Below, in pieces: positions 37,911 through 47,110 of a stretch of DNA of 61,646 bases. A program made the translations under genes and the position numbers. Location of the stretch: NCBI GenBank assembly GCA_000435055.1, contig FR879692.1, forward strand, positions 8,107 through 69,752. The letters run 5' to 3'. The notes below the pieces were generated by a model, which was not told the origin of the DNA, searched no databases, and was given only the letters and a program-made list of their open reading frames with translations. Within the stretch, counting starts at the first letter, position 1; each line of letters opens with the position of its first letter. This DNA comes from Clostridium sp. CAG:138. GTDB taxonomy: Bacteria; Bacillota; Clostridia; Christensenellales; CAG-138.

Positions 37911-38777
37911 TTACTCCTTTCCGTTGACAGCGCAGCCGCAGTGATCCACTGCCGCGCTGCCGTTTGCTGCTCCGTTCTTAATGCCGAATGCTTCCGCCAT
38001 GAGTTCGGTGAAATAAACAACGGGAACGGACGCTTCTTCACCCATGCCGTTTTTGACAAGGTTATATCGGCAGAGCGGACATGCAGTCACGATTTCGTCC
38101 GCACCGTGAATGCATGCACTCCCATAAACCTTCCTGCTCCGTTTTGCCGCTGTATTCGAGTCATCCATAACGGTATACCCGCCGCAGCATTCGTTTCTTT
38201 CCGGGAAAATGCAGGGTTCGGCTCCGAGTGCGGCAATGAGTTTTTCGATGAGCTGCGGATTTTCCGGATCATCAAACTCAATGACTTTTGCCGGGCGCAG
38301 CAACATACAGCCGTAATATGCCGCAACACGTTTTCCGTTTAAGGGGTTTTTGACCGCAGCATGTATTTTTTCAAATCCGCTGCCGCGTGTCACAAGCTCC
38401 AAGTAATGCAGAACCTCCGTCTCTCCGTGATAAGGAGCGGGCGGATTTTTATCCTGTGACAGATAAAGGTTCACCTTTTTTGCAAAGTCCTCATCCGTTC
38501 GCATGGCATGATTGGTTTGCTTGATAACATTGTGACATGCAGAGCATACCGTAACAAGAGGCCTTCCGGCATCGCGTGCGGCAGCAAGTGCGCGAACGGC
38601 GGCAAGTTTTGTTGCAATTTCATCCTTTGCGGAAACGTAAACACCGCCGCAGCACTGCCAGTTCTCTATTTCGCACAATTCAAAGCCGAGAATCTCCGCA
38701 CAGGCGCGCGCACACCTGTCAAGCTCTTTGGCCTTTGTGCGCAGCGTGCAGCCCGGGAAATAGCTGACTTTCATCAT
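37911..38777 (-). CDS. hdrB: heterodisulfide reductase subunit B-like protein (two CCG domains)
   Basis: 288 aa. YFPGCTL...WQCCGG...CSACH and YYGCML...NECCGG...CPLC. Confidence 0.85.
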   Translation of the reverse strand: MMKVSYFPGCTLRTKAKELDRCARACAEILGFELCEIENWQCCGGVYVSAKDEIATKLAAVRALAAARDAGRPLVTVCSACHNVIKQTNHAMRTDEDFAKKVNLYLSQDKNPPAPYHGETEVLHYLELVTRGSGFEKIHAAVKNPLNGKRVAAYYGCMLLRPAKVIEFDDPENPQLIEKLIAALGAEPCIFPERNECCGGYTVMDDSNTAAKRSRKVYGSACIHGADEIVTACPLCRYNLVKNGMGEEASVPVVYFTELMAEAFGIKNGAANGSAAVDHCGCAVNGKE

Positions 38778-38874
38778 ATTTGAGCATCCTTTCTTCCAAA
38801 GCTCTCTTTATTGTCAAAAACCAATGTGGAGCCTTTATTCGTTTTGCGGAGTGCATTCAAGTATTCGGGCATTA

Positions 38875-39822
38875 TCAAAGGTTCAACCCGCCGATAACTT
38901 CCTTCAATGCATCGGCACTGCGGCGAAGCTTTCCGATTTCTTCATCCGTGAGCGCAATGTTGACCTTGCCGCTGACGCCGTTGCTTCCGATGCGGTTGAG
39001 CGTACTGAGGCAAACATCATCGATTCCGTACTCGCCGTTCATAAGAGTCGAAACGGTCATTGTGGTTTCGATGCCGGAATGCAGGCATTTGCAAATATGA
39101 CATACAGCCGCCGAAACAGCATAGAAAGTTGCACCTTTGCGGGCAATAACTCTTCCGCCGGATTTTTTTACATAAGTCTCAATCTCTGCAAAGTCAAGCG
39201 CGGGACTTATCATGCCGGGAGTTGTGATAAGCTGCGGGCAATCCTTAATCGGCACTCCGGAAATATTTGCAACCGACCACGGAACGAAGGACGAGTCGCC
39301 GTGTTCACCGAATACATATGCATGTACATTGGTCTGATTGATATTATAATACTCAGACAGCCTTGCACGCAAGCGCGATGTGTCCAGAACGGTGCCCGAA
39401 CCAATGATATGGTTTGCAGGAAGTCCGGACTGCTTGAAAAACACATATGTCAGGATGTCAACAGGATTGCTGACGATGATATAAATCGCATTCGGCGCAT
39501 ATTTTGTTATCTGCGGCAGAATGGATTTTGTGATGTTGACGTTGGTCTGAGCAAGCTCAAGACGGGTTTGTCCGGGCTTGCGGGCAATGCCGGAAGTCAA
39601 AATAACGATATTGGAACCTGCCGCATCGCAGTAATCGCCCGCATAGATGGAACAATTGCCGCCGAAAAATGAATTGCCCTGGCGAATGTCGAGTGCTTCG
39701 CCGAGCGCTTTTTCGGTGTTGATGTCGATCAAGACAATTTCAGACGCAATGCCCATTGTGTTGAGTGTGTATGCAATGGTTGCGCCCACACTGCCGGTGC
39801 CGATGATGGTTATTTTATTCAT
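38875..39822 (-). CDS. ldh: NAD-dependent L-lactate dehydrogenase
   Basis: Motifs IIGTGSVGAT, DINTEKALGEALD and FGEHGDSSF. I moved the start to ATG 39822 (MNKITIIG), which has RBS AAAGGAA about 9 nt upstream. Confidence 0.9.
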   Translation of the reverse strand: MNKITIIGTGSVGATIAYTLNTMGIASEIVLIDINTEKALGEALDIRQGNSFFGGNCSIYAGDYCDAAGSNIVILTSGIARKPGQTRLELAQTNVNITKSILPQITKYAPNAIYIIVSNPVDILTYVFFKQSGLPANHIIGSGTVLDTSRLRARLSEYYNINQTNVHAYVFGEHGDSSFVPWSVANISGVPIKDCPQLITTPGMISPALDFAEIETYVKKSGGRVIARKGATFYAVSAAVCHICKCLHSGIETTMTVSTLMNGEYGIDDVCLSTLNRIGSNGVSGKVNIALTDEEIGKLRRSADALKEVIGGLNL

Positions 39823-40332
39823 GTTAAACATTCCTTTCGTTGGTTCATATGTTTTTCCGAACCGTATAGTAACATAATTCGCGCAAAATCGGAATTGCCC
39901 TTTTCGCATATCGGTATTGCATTTATCGATATGTTGTGAATCGGACTGAATTTGCCGCTGTTTTGAACGGTTGTCAATGCATCCCGCTGTTTGTTATTGT
40001 CTGTGATTTTTTTTGACGTCCGAGCCCGCTGAAATTCGGCGATTGCCGCCGTCCCGCTCACAGTGCAGCAGTCCCTCATCGGTATAAAAACGCATTGTAT
40101 GCTCTGTTACACCGAATAATTCAAAAAAATCTTGACTTCGTGTTACTCGAACCTGTAAAAACGATTATAGCACAGGACATGTGCCCGTGCAATATGGAAA
40201 CGGGGAAAACGGAGTATGCTCCGGCATCAAAAATCGGCTGTGCCCGACGTGTAATGGTTGAAAAAATTCGAATTCATGGTATACTTATCCAAAGCCTGTG
40301 TTGAAACGGGTTTGTTTACGGAGGTAATACCA

Positions 40333-40968
40333 ATGAGTAAATTTGCAGTAATCCTATATCCTGATTTTTCCTTGCAGGAAATTACCTGCCTGACTTCGGC
40401 TCTGTCGGTATGGTTTGAAGAAAAAATCGATTTTATCGCAAGTGAAAACAGGGAGTATTGCAGCGAAGAGGGTTTGCGGGTAATGCCGACAAAGACAATT
40501 GCAGATGTAAACATCACAGACTACAAATGCATTATTCTTCCGGGTACGATCAATCCGCTTCCCGCACTTTATGATGATAGGCTGATTGAGTTTTTGCGCG
40601 GCGGAATCAACACTGACGTAACATTTGCAGCAATCTCGTCCTCTCCTATTCTGCTGGCAAAGGCAGGTGTGTTGGACGGCAGAAAATTTACTGCCGGCTT
40701 TTTTATGCAGATGGCAGAGACATTTTCCTTTGTTGAAAACGAGAATTTTATACATAAAGGAATCGTTTGTGACGGGAATGTAATCACCGGCATCGGCATG
40801 TTCTTCCGCGAGTTTGCAGAAACGGTTTTGCATAAATTCGGTTATGATGTCGGCAGCAATTTTATGCGCGGCAACCCGGAAGATTACACAGAGGAAGAAC
40901 TTACGTTTTATTGGTCGGAAGAAGACTACCGTCAGTTCTTGAAGGAATTAAAAGAGTACGAAAAATAA
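40333..40968 (+). CDS. DJ-1/PfpI-family protein with Ser at the nucleophile position and a C-terminal extension
   Basis: Motifs IILPGT and FAAISSSPILLAKAGVLDGRKFT (the family consensus is AIC.GP). I moved the start to ATG 40333, which has RBS GGAGG. Confidence 0.75.
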   Translation: MSKFAVILYPDFSLQEITCLTSALSVWFEEKIDFIASENREYCSEEGLRVMPTKTIADVNITDYKCIILPGTINPLPALYDDRLIEFLRGGINTDVTFAAISSSPILLAKAGVLDGRKFTAGFFMQMAETFSFVENENFIHKGIVCDGNVITGIGMFFREFAETVLHKFGYDVGSNFMRGNPEDYTEEELTFYWSEEDYRQFLKELKEYEK

Positions 40969-41153
40969 CAGGCACTTTGGGTTCAAAACCTTTCGGAACC
41001 CGAACGGCACACTTTTGTACTCTTGCGGCGGGAATACTCAGCGTCCTGCGGAGCATTATTTCCCGTCGCAAAAACTGTGCGGTTCGAAATGCTTCGTCAC
41101 ATTATTCTGACAATGCAGCCACGTCATTTGTGCCGCCAAAGTGCGTTCCGGCG

Positions 41154-42008
41154 TCAATTTGTTTGCAAATAGTATATGTATTTTTTCCAATCGGTTCTGT
41201 CGTTTTCGGCTTTTAACGCTACTGCGATTTTCGGATTTGCAAAAACAACGTATCCGTTGCCGGAACCATAGCTCACACTGTAATCATCACCAAAACATGC
41301 AAAACTGATTGAAGGAACGCACAAGACGCAATATGTAAGCTCTGCATCCGTCAGGTCGGTAGAGATTTTCTCATATGTTTCTTCGGATATATCGCAAGCG
41401 CGATAACAAACAAAGTTTCTTTCCTAACCCAAATAATTAAGGTATTCATCGATGCGTTCATGGCTGCAAAAAACACCGGGTTTTCCAAGCATTTCAGAAT
41501 TACCCGTGCCGAAATAAATTAATTCATTTCCGTTGAGGAAAGTTATCAATTTGCCGAACACGTTCGGGGGCATTGTATAGTATGGCGAATTGAGGTAAAC
41601 AGGTTTATTCCTGCGACTCACTTCATTAAATAGCTTTTTAAACTCAACTCCCGGCGGGTTCTTGACAGGTTTCGGTTCGGAGGACAACGGAGAAAAAAAC
41701 TTACAGTCGGGCAAAATCTTCGGATATAGTTCATTCTCGATCTTTCCATGTAATGTACAACGGATAACCCGCAGTGATTCTACCGCATATCTGCAAGTGA
41801 AGCATTTTTCGCAAAGGTTGGCTGCATCATAGAGTTCGTCTCTCGGCATCAAAAAAGATTCTCCGACAATGTGATAATCAGTTCTTGAAGCATCATCAAT
41901 TTGCTCGCATTTGAATACTCTCGACATGCCGTTCGAACATATCGGCTCCGCAACAAAATAAACATTGCCCTCGTATTTATAATAGCATCCTTCGCAAATC
42001 ATTAACAT
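41154..42008 (-). pseudogene. hypothetical Cys-rich protein gene interrupted by an in-frame TAG (194 codons + TAG + 89 codons)
   Basis: Tracked ORF 41424..42008 ends in TAG (41426-41424). I walked the same frame codon by codon and it stays open for 89 more codons (ERNFVCYRACDISEETYEKIST...KKYIYYLQTN) to TGA at 41156-41154. The extension contains no start codon. Confidence 0.45.
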
Positions 42009-42197
42009 TTCCGCCTTCGCAGTAATATTACTCCGCCGCTTCGCATCGAAGTGCTTTCACTCAGGCTTACGTTCGGATTGTTTATTGCGGCTATTTCAGA
42101 AGCACATATTTTTTAATTAAAGCAGCCTGCTCCGAGTACTAACCGTGTATTCGCCATTGCTTTTTGCCGACAGGCACGTTCATGTTATACAGCAAAA

Positions 42198-42629
42198 CTA
42201 CCGCAGTTTTTTCTCCATAATGATTTCGTTGCCGTCAGTTTCTCCCGTATGGTTAAAGCCGAGTTTAAGGTACAATTGTTTTGCCGCTTCGTTTCCTTCA
42301 ATATAGCAAAGGACAACTCTGTTATAAACCCCGTCTTTTTGCATTTCCCGAAGAACGTGCCCGGCTGCTTCATATCCGAATCCGTTGCCTTGATATCTTT
42401 CGTCAATAAAAAACTGGCTGAAGTCGTATGCGCCATCTATATAATAATACAGAGCCATTCCAATCGGTATATCTTCATTGTATATAATCAAAGCGCGACT
42501 TCCGGAATTCCTGTAGGCATACGCTCTTGCCAACAGCGTAATTGAATTCGCTGCGAAGTCCTTCTGATCATTGCGAACATGCAGGTCAAGCCTCCAGTTG
42601 TCAGGGCTGACTTCTTCTAAGTGTATCAT
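42198..42629 (-). CDS. GNAT-family N-acetyltransferase
   Basis: 143 aa. Acetyl-CoA motif RYQGNGFGYEAAG. RBS GGAGGAAAA. Confidence 0.8.
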   Translation of the reverse strand: MIHLEEVSPDNWRLDLHVRNDQKDFAANSITLLARAYAYRNSGSRALIIYNEDIPIGMALYYYIDGAYDFSQFFIDERYQGNGFGYEAAGHVLREMQKDGVYNRVVLCYIEGNEAAKQLYLKLGFNHTGETDGNEIIMEKKLR

Positions 42630-43244
42630 CCTGTTTTCCTCCGCAAAAACTCACTTGCTGCATACATTGTACCATACAGTGGTGTTTGTTTCAACAACTT
42701 GCATAAGCCGTGATTTACAGCGGATGATTCCGAAATCAAAATAATGAATGCGGTTTTCAGAAAGAATTCATATTTTTCTACAGTTTTGTATTTCAACGAA
42801 TATTTTCACTCGAAAACTTAACAAATGATGTTCAACTTCGATATACTTCTGATGTGAACATCGGCCTGCCGGTACTTTTGCGGCATTGCAAGAGGTTTAA
42901 ACATTATATCATCTCGGTTCCTGTTATTGCACAATAGAGCGGCAACAAGAAGAGCAAGAAAACTCGCCGATACACAGTCCATATCGATGTTATATTCTTT
43001 CAGTTAATTGACCCGGAACTTCGCCCGGAGGTCTGTCGCACACCGAATCGCTGATATTTAATGAAAGGATGTATCTGCAATGCAGGTTAATACAGGTTCC
43101 GAAATCGCTGCATTTTTCAGCTCCTGTCCTCAACCGATAAAGTGATAGGAATTTTCACTTTTTTATGCTATAATATTTTCATTATAAACAGAACGACAAG
43201 CCAAGGTTACAAGGTTAATATAGTTAATATAAAGGAGAATGCTG

Positions 43245-44192
43245 ATGGGTTTATTGGATAAGTTGAAAAAAGGGCGAACGAGGAGAGGACAAAAAGAAAA
43301 ACAACATCAGAAGCAGCCGTTCCAACAGAATTTGTCACAAAAGACAGATCCGGCAATATGCCCCGGCGGCGCGTTCATGGTGCAGCTTTTGATGAAAGAG
43401 AAAAGCGAGATGCCCTCAAAGGAGATGTTTGCGGAGATATTGTCGAAGCATCTTGGAAAAACGGAGCAGCTTGGAGATTGCGAATCGCATGCAGGTTTTA
43501 TTGTTCATGACTATATTTCCGAAACGAATGACGACACTCTTCCGGTAATGCTGCTGATTTCCGAATGCGCTGAGTTTGAGCCAAACTCAATTGATGACTT
43601 CAGGCGCGGTCAAATGTGGGATTGTTTGAGCGACCGCGACCGCATTCTTTCCGAATGCAAATATCAGATTTCGGCTTCTGATAAGCTGGGCGGCGGTCTG
43701 CCCTCAAAGGAACGCGCAAATATGCTTATGGACTATCTGGAGGCACTGGTGGAATTATATCCTCAGTGCGAGGCAGTTTACAACCTTAACTCCGGAAAGT
43801 TGATTATGGCTGATGATATCAGAAAAAAGGAAATAACCGGTGTTGACCGTTTTATCAGTTATGCGGTGAATGCTCGTTTTTTCAATATTTACGGTACTGA
43901 AGACTGCGTAGTGGACACGCTTGGTTTGAGTCTTTTGTATATAGAGGATTTGCAATATCATTTTCATGATATCGACCCCAACCTGGTAGTAAACCATGCC
44001 TATAATCTGGCATCCTATCTGTTGAACAATGACAACCCCATGAAGGACGGAGATACCGTCGATGGTATTCGAAATGGACGGATCGTGCAGGACATCCAGT
44101 GGAAATGTCATTATGAGGATGCGCTGATTCAGCCGGCGAGGGCAGTCCTGGATATCTGTATGGGAAAGTATGCAGCCGGATATCGCGGTTGA
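43245..44192 (+). CDS. hypothetical protein (C-terminal region resembles DUF4261-type domains; low certainty)
   Basis: About 315 aa with RBS AAAGGAG 7 nt before ATG 43245. Basic N-terminal tail. No catalytic motif recognised. Confidence 0.6.
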   Translation: MGLLDKLKKGRTRRGQKEKQHQKQPFQQNLSQKTDPAICPGGAFMVQLLMKEKSEMPSKEMFAEILSKHLGKTEQLGDCESHAGFIVHDYISETNDDTLPVMLLISECAEFEPNSIDDFRRGQMWDCLSDRDRILSECKYQISASDKLGGGLPSKERANMLMDYLEALVELYPQCEAVYNLNSGKLIMADDIRKKEITGVDRFISYAVNARFFNIYGTEDCVVDTLGLSLLYIEDLQYHFHDIDPNLVVNHAYNLASYLLNNDNPMKDGDTVDGIRNGRIVQDIQWKCHYEDALIQPARAVLDICMGKYAAGYRG

Positions 44193-44345
44193 CATATTGC
44201 ATCATCATTTTTAAAGGAAGTCGCACACATTTTCGACCGCCGGGCGGACGAGTCTTTCTCGGGCTGAAAGCCCATTGAAATGCTGTCGAGTTTTACAGTC
44301 AACATTTCAGTGGAAACACAAATCCAATAAAGCAGGAGGCGCATA

Positions 44346-44823
44346 ATGCAATTTGACATCATTTATACCGGCGATTGCCTCAACCTTCTGAAAACTCTGC
44401 ACGATGACAACGTTCATTGCTGTGTGACGTCCCCCTCCGTATTACGCGCTCCGCGATTACGGCATGGCTGCTCAGATCGGTAAAAAGACAACGCCGAATT
44501 AATATATCACGTATCCGACTGAAGTGTTTACAGAAGGCAGGTGCGTTTTTCGTCCGGATGGTACGCTCCGGCTGAACATCTCGGACGCATACGCCGGTAA
44601 ATACAAAAGCGGATTGCAAGAATCCGCGGGCGATTTTGTTGCCCAAAAGAACCCCAACGGCAGAATCGGTCAGGCTGTGGCTCTCAACAACAAGTTCGAG
44701 GGTTATAAGGCGAAAGACATGATCGGCATTCCGTGGATACCGGTTTTTGCCCTCCGCGATACCGGCCGGTATCTGCACAATGACATCATTCGGATGAAGG
44801 ATAAGATTGCCCTCTTCTCATAA
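44346..44823 (+). pseudogene. N4/N6 DNA methyltransferase pseudogene (frameshift, nonsense codon and 3' truncation)
   Basis: ATG 44346 has RBS AGGAGG and gives MQFDIIYTGDCLNLLKTLHDDNVHCCVTSP. An extra T at 44436 breaks the SPPYYALRDYG motif. In-frame TAA at 44500-44502. Then YITYPTEVF..RPDGTLRLNISDAYAGK...IPW..ALRDTGRYLHNDII, after which the family motif DIIWxKxNxMPES is cut off. Confidence 0.8.
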
Positions 44824-44832
44824 AAAGAAAGA

Positions 44833-44873
44833 TGCTGCTGCAAACATGACTTGATTTTGCAGCAGCACCTTTT
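44833..44873. terminator. bidirectional intrinsic terminator downstream of rpsI
   Basis: TGCTGCTGCAA / TTGCAGCAGCA stem, flanked by an A-rich run on the left and a T-rich run on the right. Confidence 0.7.
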
Positions 44874-44905
44874 GAGTTTTTGTGTTGCAGAAAGAATATG
44901 TTCGG

Positions 44906-45304
44906 TTAACGCTTGCTGAACTGAGGAGCGCGACGAGCGGCTTTGAGGCCGTACTTCTTCCTCTCCTTCATTCTGGGGTCACGGGTCAGGAAACCTGCCT
45001 TCTTGAGGGTTGCGCGATATTCTGCGGAATCAACGTCGAGAAGAGCACGGGAAATGCCGTGACGGATTGCGCCTGCCTGTCCGGTGTAGCCGCCGCCGTA
45101 AACATTGACGATAACATCGAACTTGCCGAGAGTGTCGGTAAGCACGAGGGGAGCGCGAACGATCATCTTGAGGGTTTCATAGCCGAAATATTCTTCGAGA
45201 TCCCTCTTGTTGATTTTGATAACGCCGGTGCCGGGAACGAGACGAACGCGGGCAACGGAGCTTTTGCGCCTGCCGGTTCCGAGATACTGAGTGGTTGCTG
45301 CCAT
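44906..45304 (-). CDS. rpsI: 30S ribosomal protein S9
   Basis: 132 aa. [19 protein letters not shown] and the C-terminal [17 protein letters not shown]. Confidence 0.97.
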   Translation of the reverse strand: MAATTQYLGTGRRKSSVARVRLVPGTGVIKINKRDLEEYFGYETLKMIVRAPLVLTDTLGKFDVIVNVYGGGYTGQAGAIRHGISRALLDVDSAEYRATLKKAGFLTRDPRMKERKKYGLKAARRAPQFSKR

Positions 45305-45328
45305 GGTAATAATCTCCTTCCCTAAAAA

Positions 45329-45760
45329 TTATTTGAGCACGAGAACTTCGGGCTTCTGTGCTTCGTGCTTATGCTCGGCGCCGCGGTAAATGCGAACCTT
45401 GGTGAGCATCTGGCGGCCGAGGGGACCCTTGGGCATCATGCGGCGGATGGCTTCATAGACTGCGAATTCGGGCTTCTTGTTGAGGAGCTCACGATACTTG
45501 GTCATTTTGAGTCCGCCGGGATAACCGGTGTGATGATAATAAATTTTTTCGTCAAGCTTTCTGCCTGTCATGATGACTTTATCTGCGTTGATGATGATAA
45601 CGTGATCGCCGCAGTCAACATGCGGGGTAAAGATGGGCTTGTGTTTTCCGCGGAGTATTGCGGCAACCTGAGATGCGAGACGACCGAGCACCATGCCTTC
45701 TGCATCTACAACGTACCACTTACGCTCCATGGTTTCTGCTTTTGCCATATAGCTTTTCAT
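45329..45760 (-). CDS. rplM: 50S ribosomal protein L13
   Basis: 143 aa. [21 protein letters not shown] and HTGYPGG. Confidence 0.97.
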   Translation of the reverse strand: MKSYMAKAETMERKWYVVDAEGMVLGRLASQVAAILRGKHKPIFTPHVDCGDHVIIINADKVIMTGRKLDEKIYYHHTGYPGGLKMTKYRELLNKKPEFAVYEAIRRMMPKGPLGRQMLTKVRIYRGAEHKHEAQKPEVLVLK

Positions 45761-45903
45761 GCCATGTCCTCCAAAGGTATGTTGAATTTCTTAATTAAAT
45801 AATTTTGCTAAGATTTCCGACAACGGACGGGGCTGGTGACCGCAATCCTCCACCATAAGCAAAGCACAAGGCATATTTTACTTCCGGCGGAGGTATTTGT
45901 CAA
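45761..45903 (-). promoter_or_regulatory. rplM-rpsI promoter plus about 105-nt leader (possible L13 ribosomal-protein leader)
   Basis: On the minus strand: TTGACA (45903-45898), a 17-nt spacer, then TAAAAT (45880-45875). The leader identity is unverified. Confidence 0.4.
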
Positions 45904-45985
45904 GTGTTGTTTTCAAAAAAATACCCGATTTTTCAGATATATTTTTATTGTCCGCAGTGGGAATGCGGCTTTTGCAAATCGGGCA

Positions 45986-47110
45986 TTAATCGTCATTTCC
46001 GTCCGCCTTCTCAAATTCGGCCGCAACATCGGCCAGCAGCTTGCGAATCGGAAGATTTTGAGGACATGAGCCCTCGCATTTTCCGCATTTTATGCAGTCG
46101 GAGGCCCGCCTTCCGGGTGCGGTATGAACATTTGAGTAGTAGTAATTTGCATTCCAATCGCGATGCAGCTGTTTCGCATTCATCAGCGCAAACAAGTCGG
46201 GAATCGCAATATGCTTCTGACAGCCGTCCGTGCAGTAGCGGCAGGCGGTGCACGGAATCAGCTCCATCCCCTTGTAAACACCGCGAACCTTTTCAACGGC
46301 TTCGGTTTCGATCTTGTCAAGAGGTTTGAAATCACTCATATAGCTTATGTTATCTCTGAGCTGCTCAATGCTGCTCATGCCCGAAAGCACAACAAGCATC
46401 CCCGGGAAGCCTGCAGCGAAGCGAATTGCGTAGCTCGCGGGACTCCCTCCGTTGAGAGAAGCGAAGATCCTCTGCGCCTCGTCGGGAAGCTTAACAAGGC
46501 TTCCGCCCTTTACCGGCTCCATCACAAGCACAGGCTTATTGTGTTTTCTGCACACTTCATAGCATTTGCGGCTCTGCACGCCGATATCGTCATAATCCAA
46601 ATAATTGAATTGAATTTGAACAACCTCAATTTGCGGATACTCCGAAAGAATCGCATCCAGCACCTCTGCCCGGTCATGAAAGGATATGCCGAAATGCCGA
46701 ATCTTTCCCTCTTTTTTCAGTTCAATTGCGGTTTCGTACGCGTTTCTCTCTTTAAAATATCTGAAGCGCGCCTTGTTTTGTGCATGCATAAGATAGAAAT
46801 CGAAATAATCAACTCCGCAAAGCTCAAGTTGACTTTCGAAAAAAGGTCGAATATCGTCGTTTGTTTTGAAATATTCATCGGTAAGCTTGTTTGTCAGGAT
46901 AAAACTTTCCCGCGGATAGCGCGACGTGAGGCAGGTTTTTGCTGCTTTTTCGCTTTTCCCGCTCAGATAACCGTGCGCAGTGTCAAAATAGTTAAACCCT
47001 GCCTTGATAAATTCGTCAACCATAAGGCAAGTCTGCTCAATGTCAACCTCTCCGTCCTTCATCGGAAGCCTCATAAGACCGAATCCGAGTTTTTTGTTTA
47101 TGCGTTCCAT
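45986..47110 (-). CDS. aldo/keto reductase with a C-terminal 4Fe-4S ferredoxin-type domain
   Basis: Motifs GFGLMRLP and DTAHGY, with C-terminal CTACRYCTDGC and CIKCGKCEGSCP. The track start is 47119. ATG 47110 has better RBS spacing. Confidence 0.85.
   Translation of the reverse strand: MERINKKLGFGLMRLPMKDGEVDIEQTCLMVDEFIKAGFNYFDTAHGYLSGKSEKAAKTCLTSRYPRESFILTNKLTDEYFKTNDDIRPFFESQLELCGVDYFDFYLMHAQNKARFRYFKERNAYETAIELKKEGKIRHFGISFHDRAEVLDAILSEYPQIEVVQIQFNYLDYDDIGVQSRKCYEVCRKHNKPVLVMEPVKGGSLVKLPDEAQRIFASLNGGSPASYAIRFAAGFPGMLVVLSGMSSIEQLRDNISYMSDFKPLDKIETEAVEKVRGVYKGMELIPCTACRYCTDGCQKHIAIPDLFALMNAKQLHRDWNANYYYSNVHTAPGRRASDCIKCGKCEGSCPQNLPIRKLLADVAAEFEKADGNDD

Noticed and set aside
39934-39953. 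Rex-like operator upstream of ldh (TTGTGAA half-site).
   Set aside because: Only one half-site matches. The expected inverted TTCACAA partner at the correct spacing is absent.
41424-41426. The in-frame TAG as a pyrrolysine or recoded sense codon.
   Set aside because: No pyl genes or other TAG-interrupted ORFs are visible in the window, and other genes here do terminate in TAG. A nonsense mutation is the simpler explanation.
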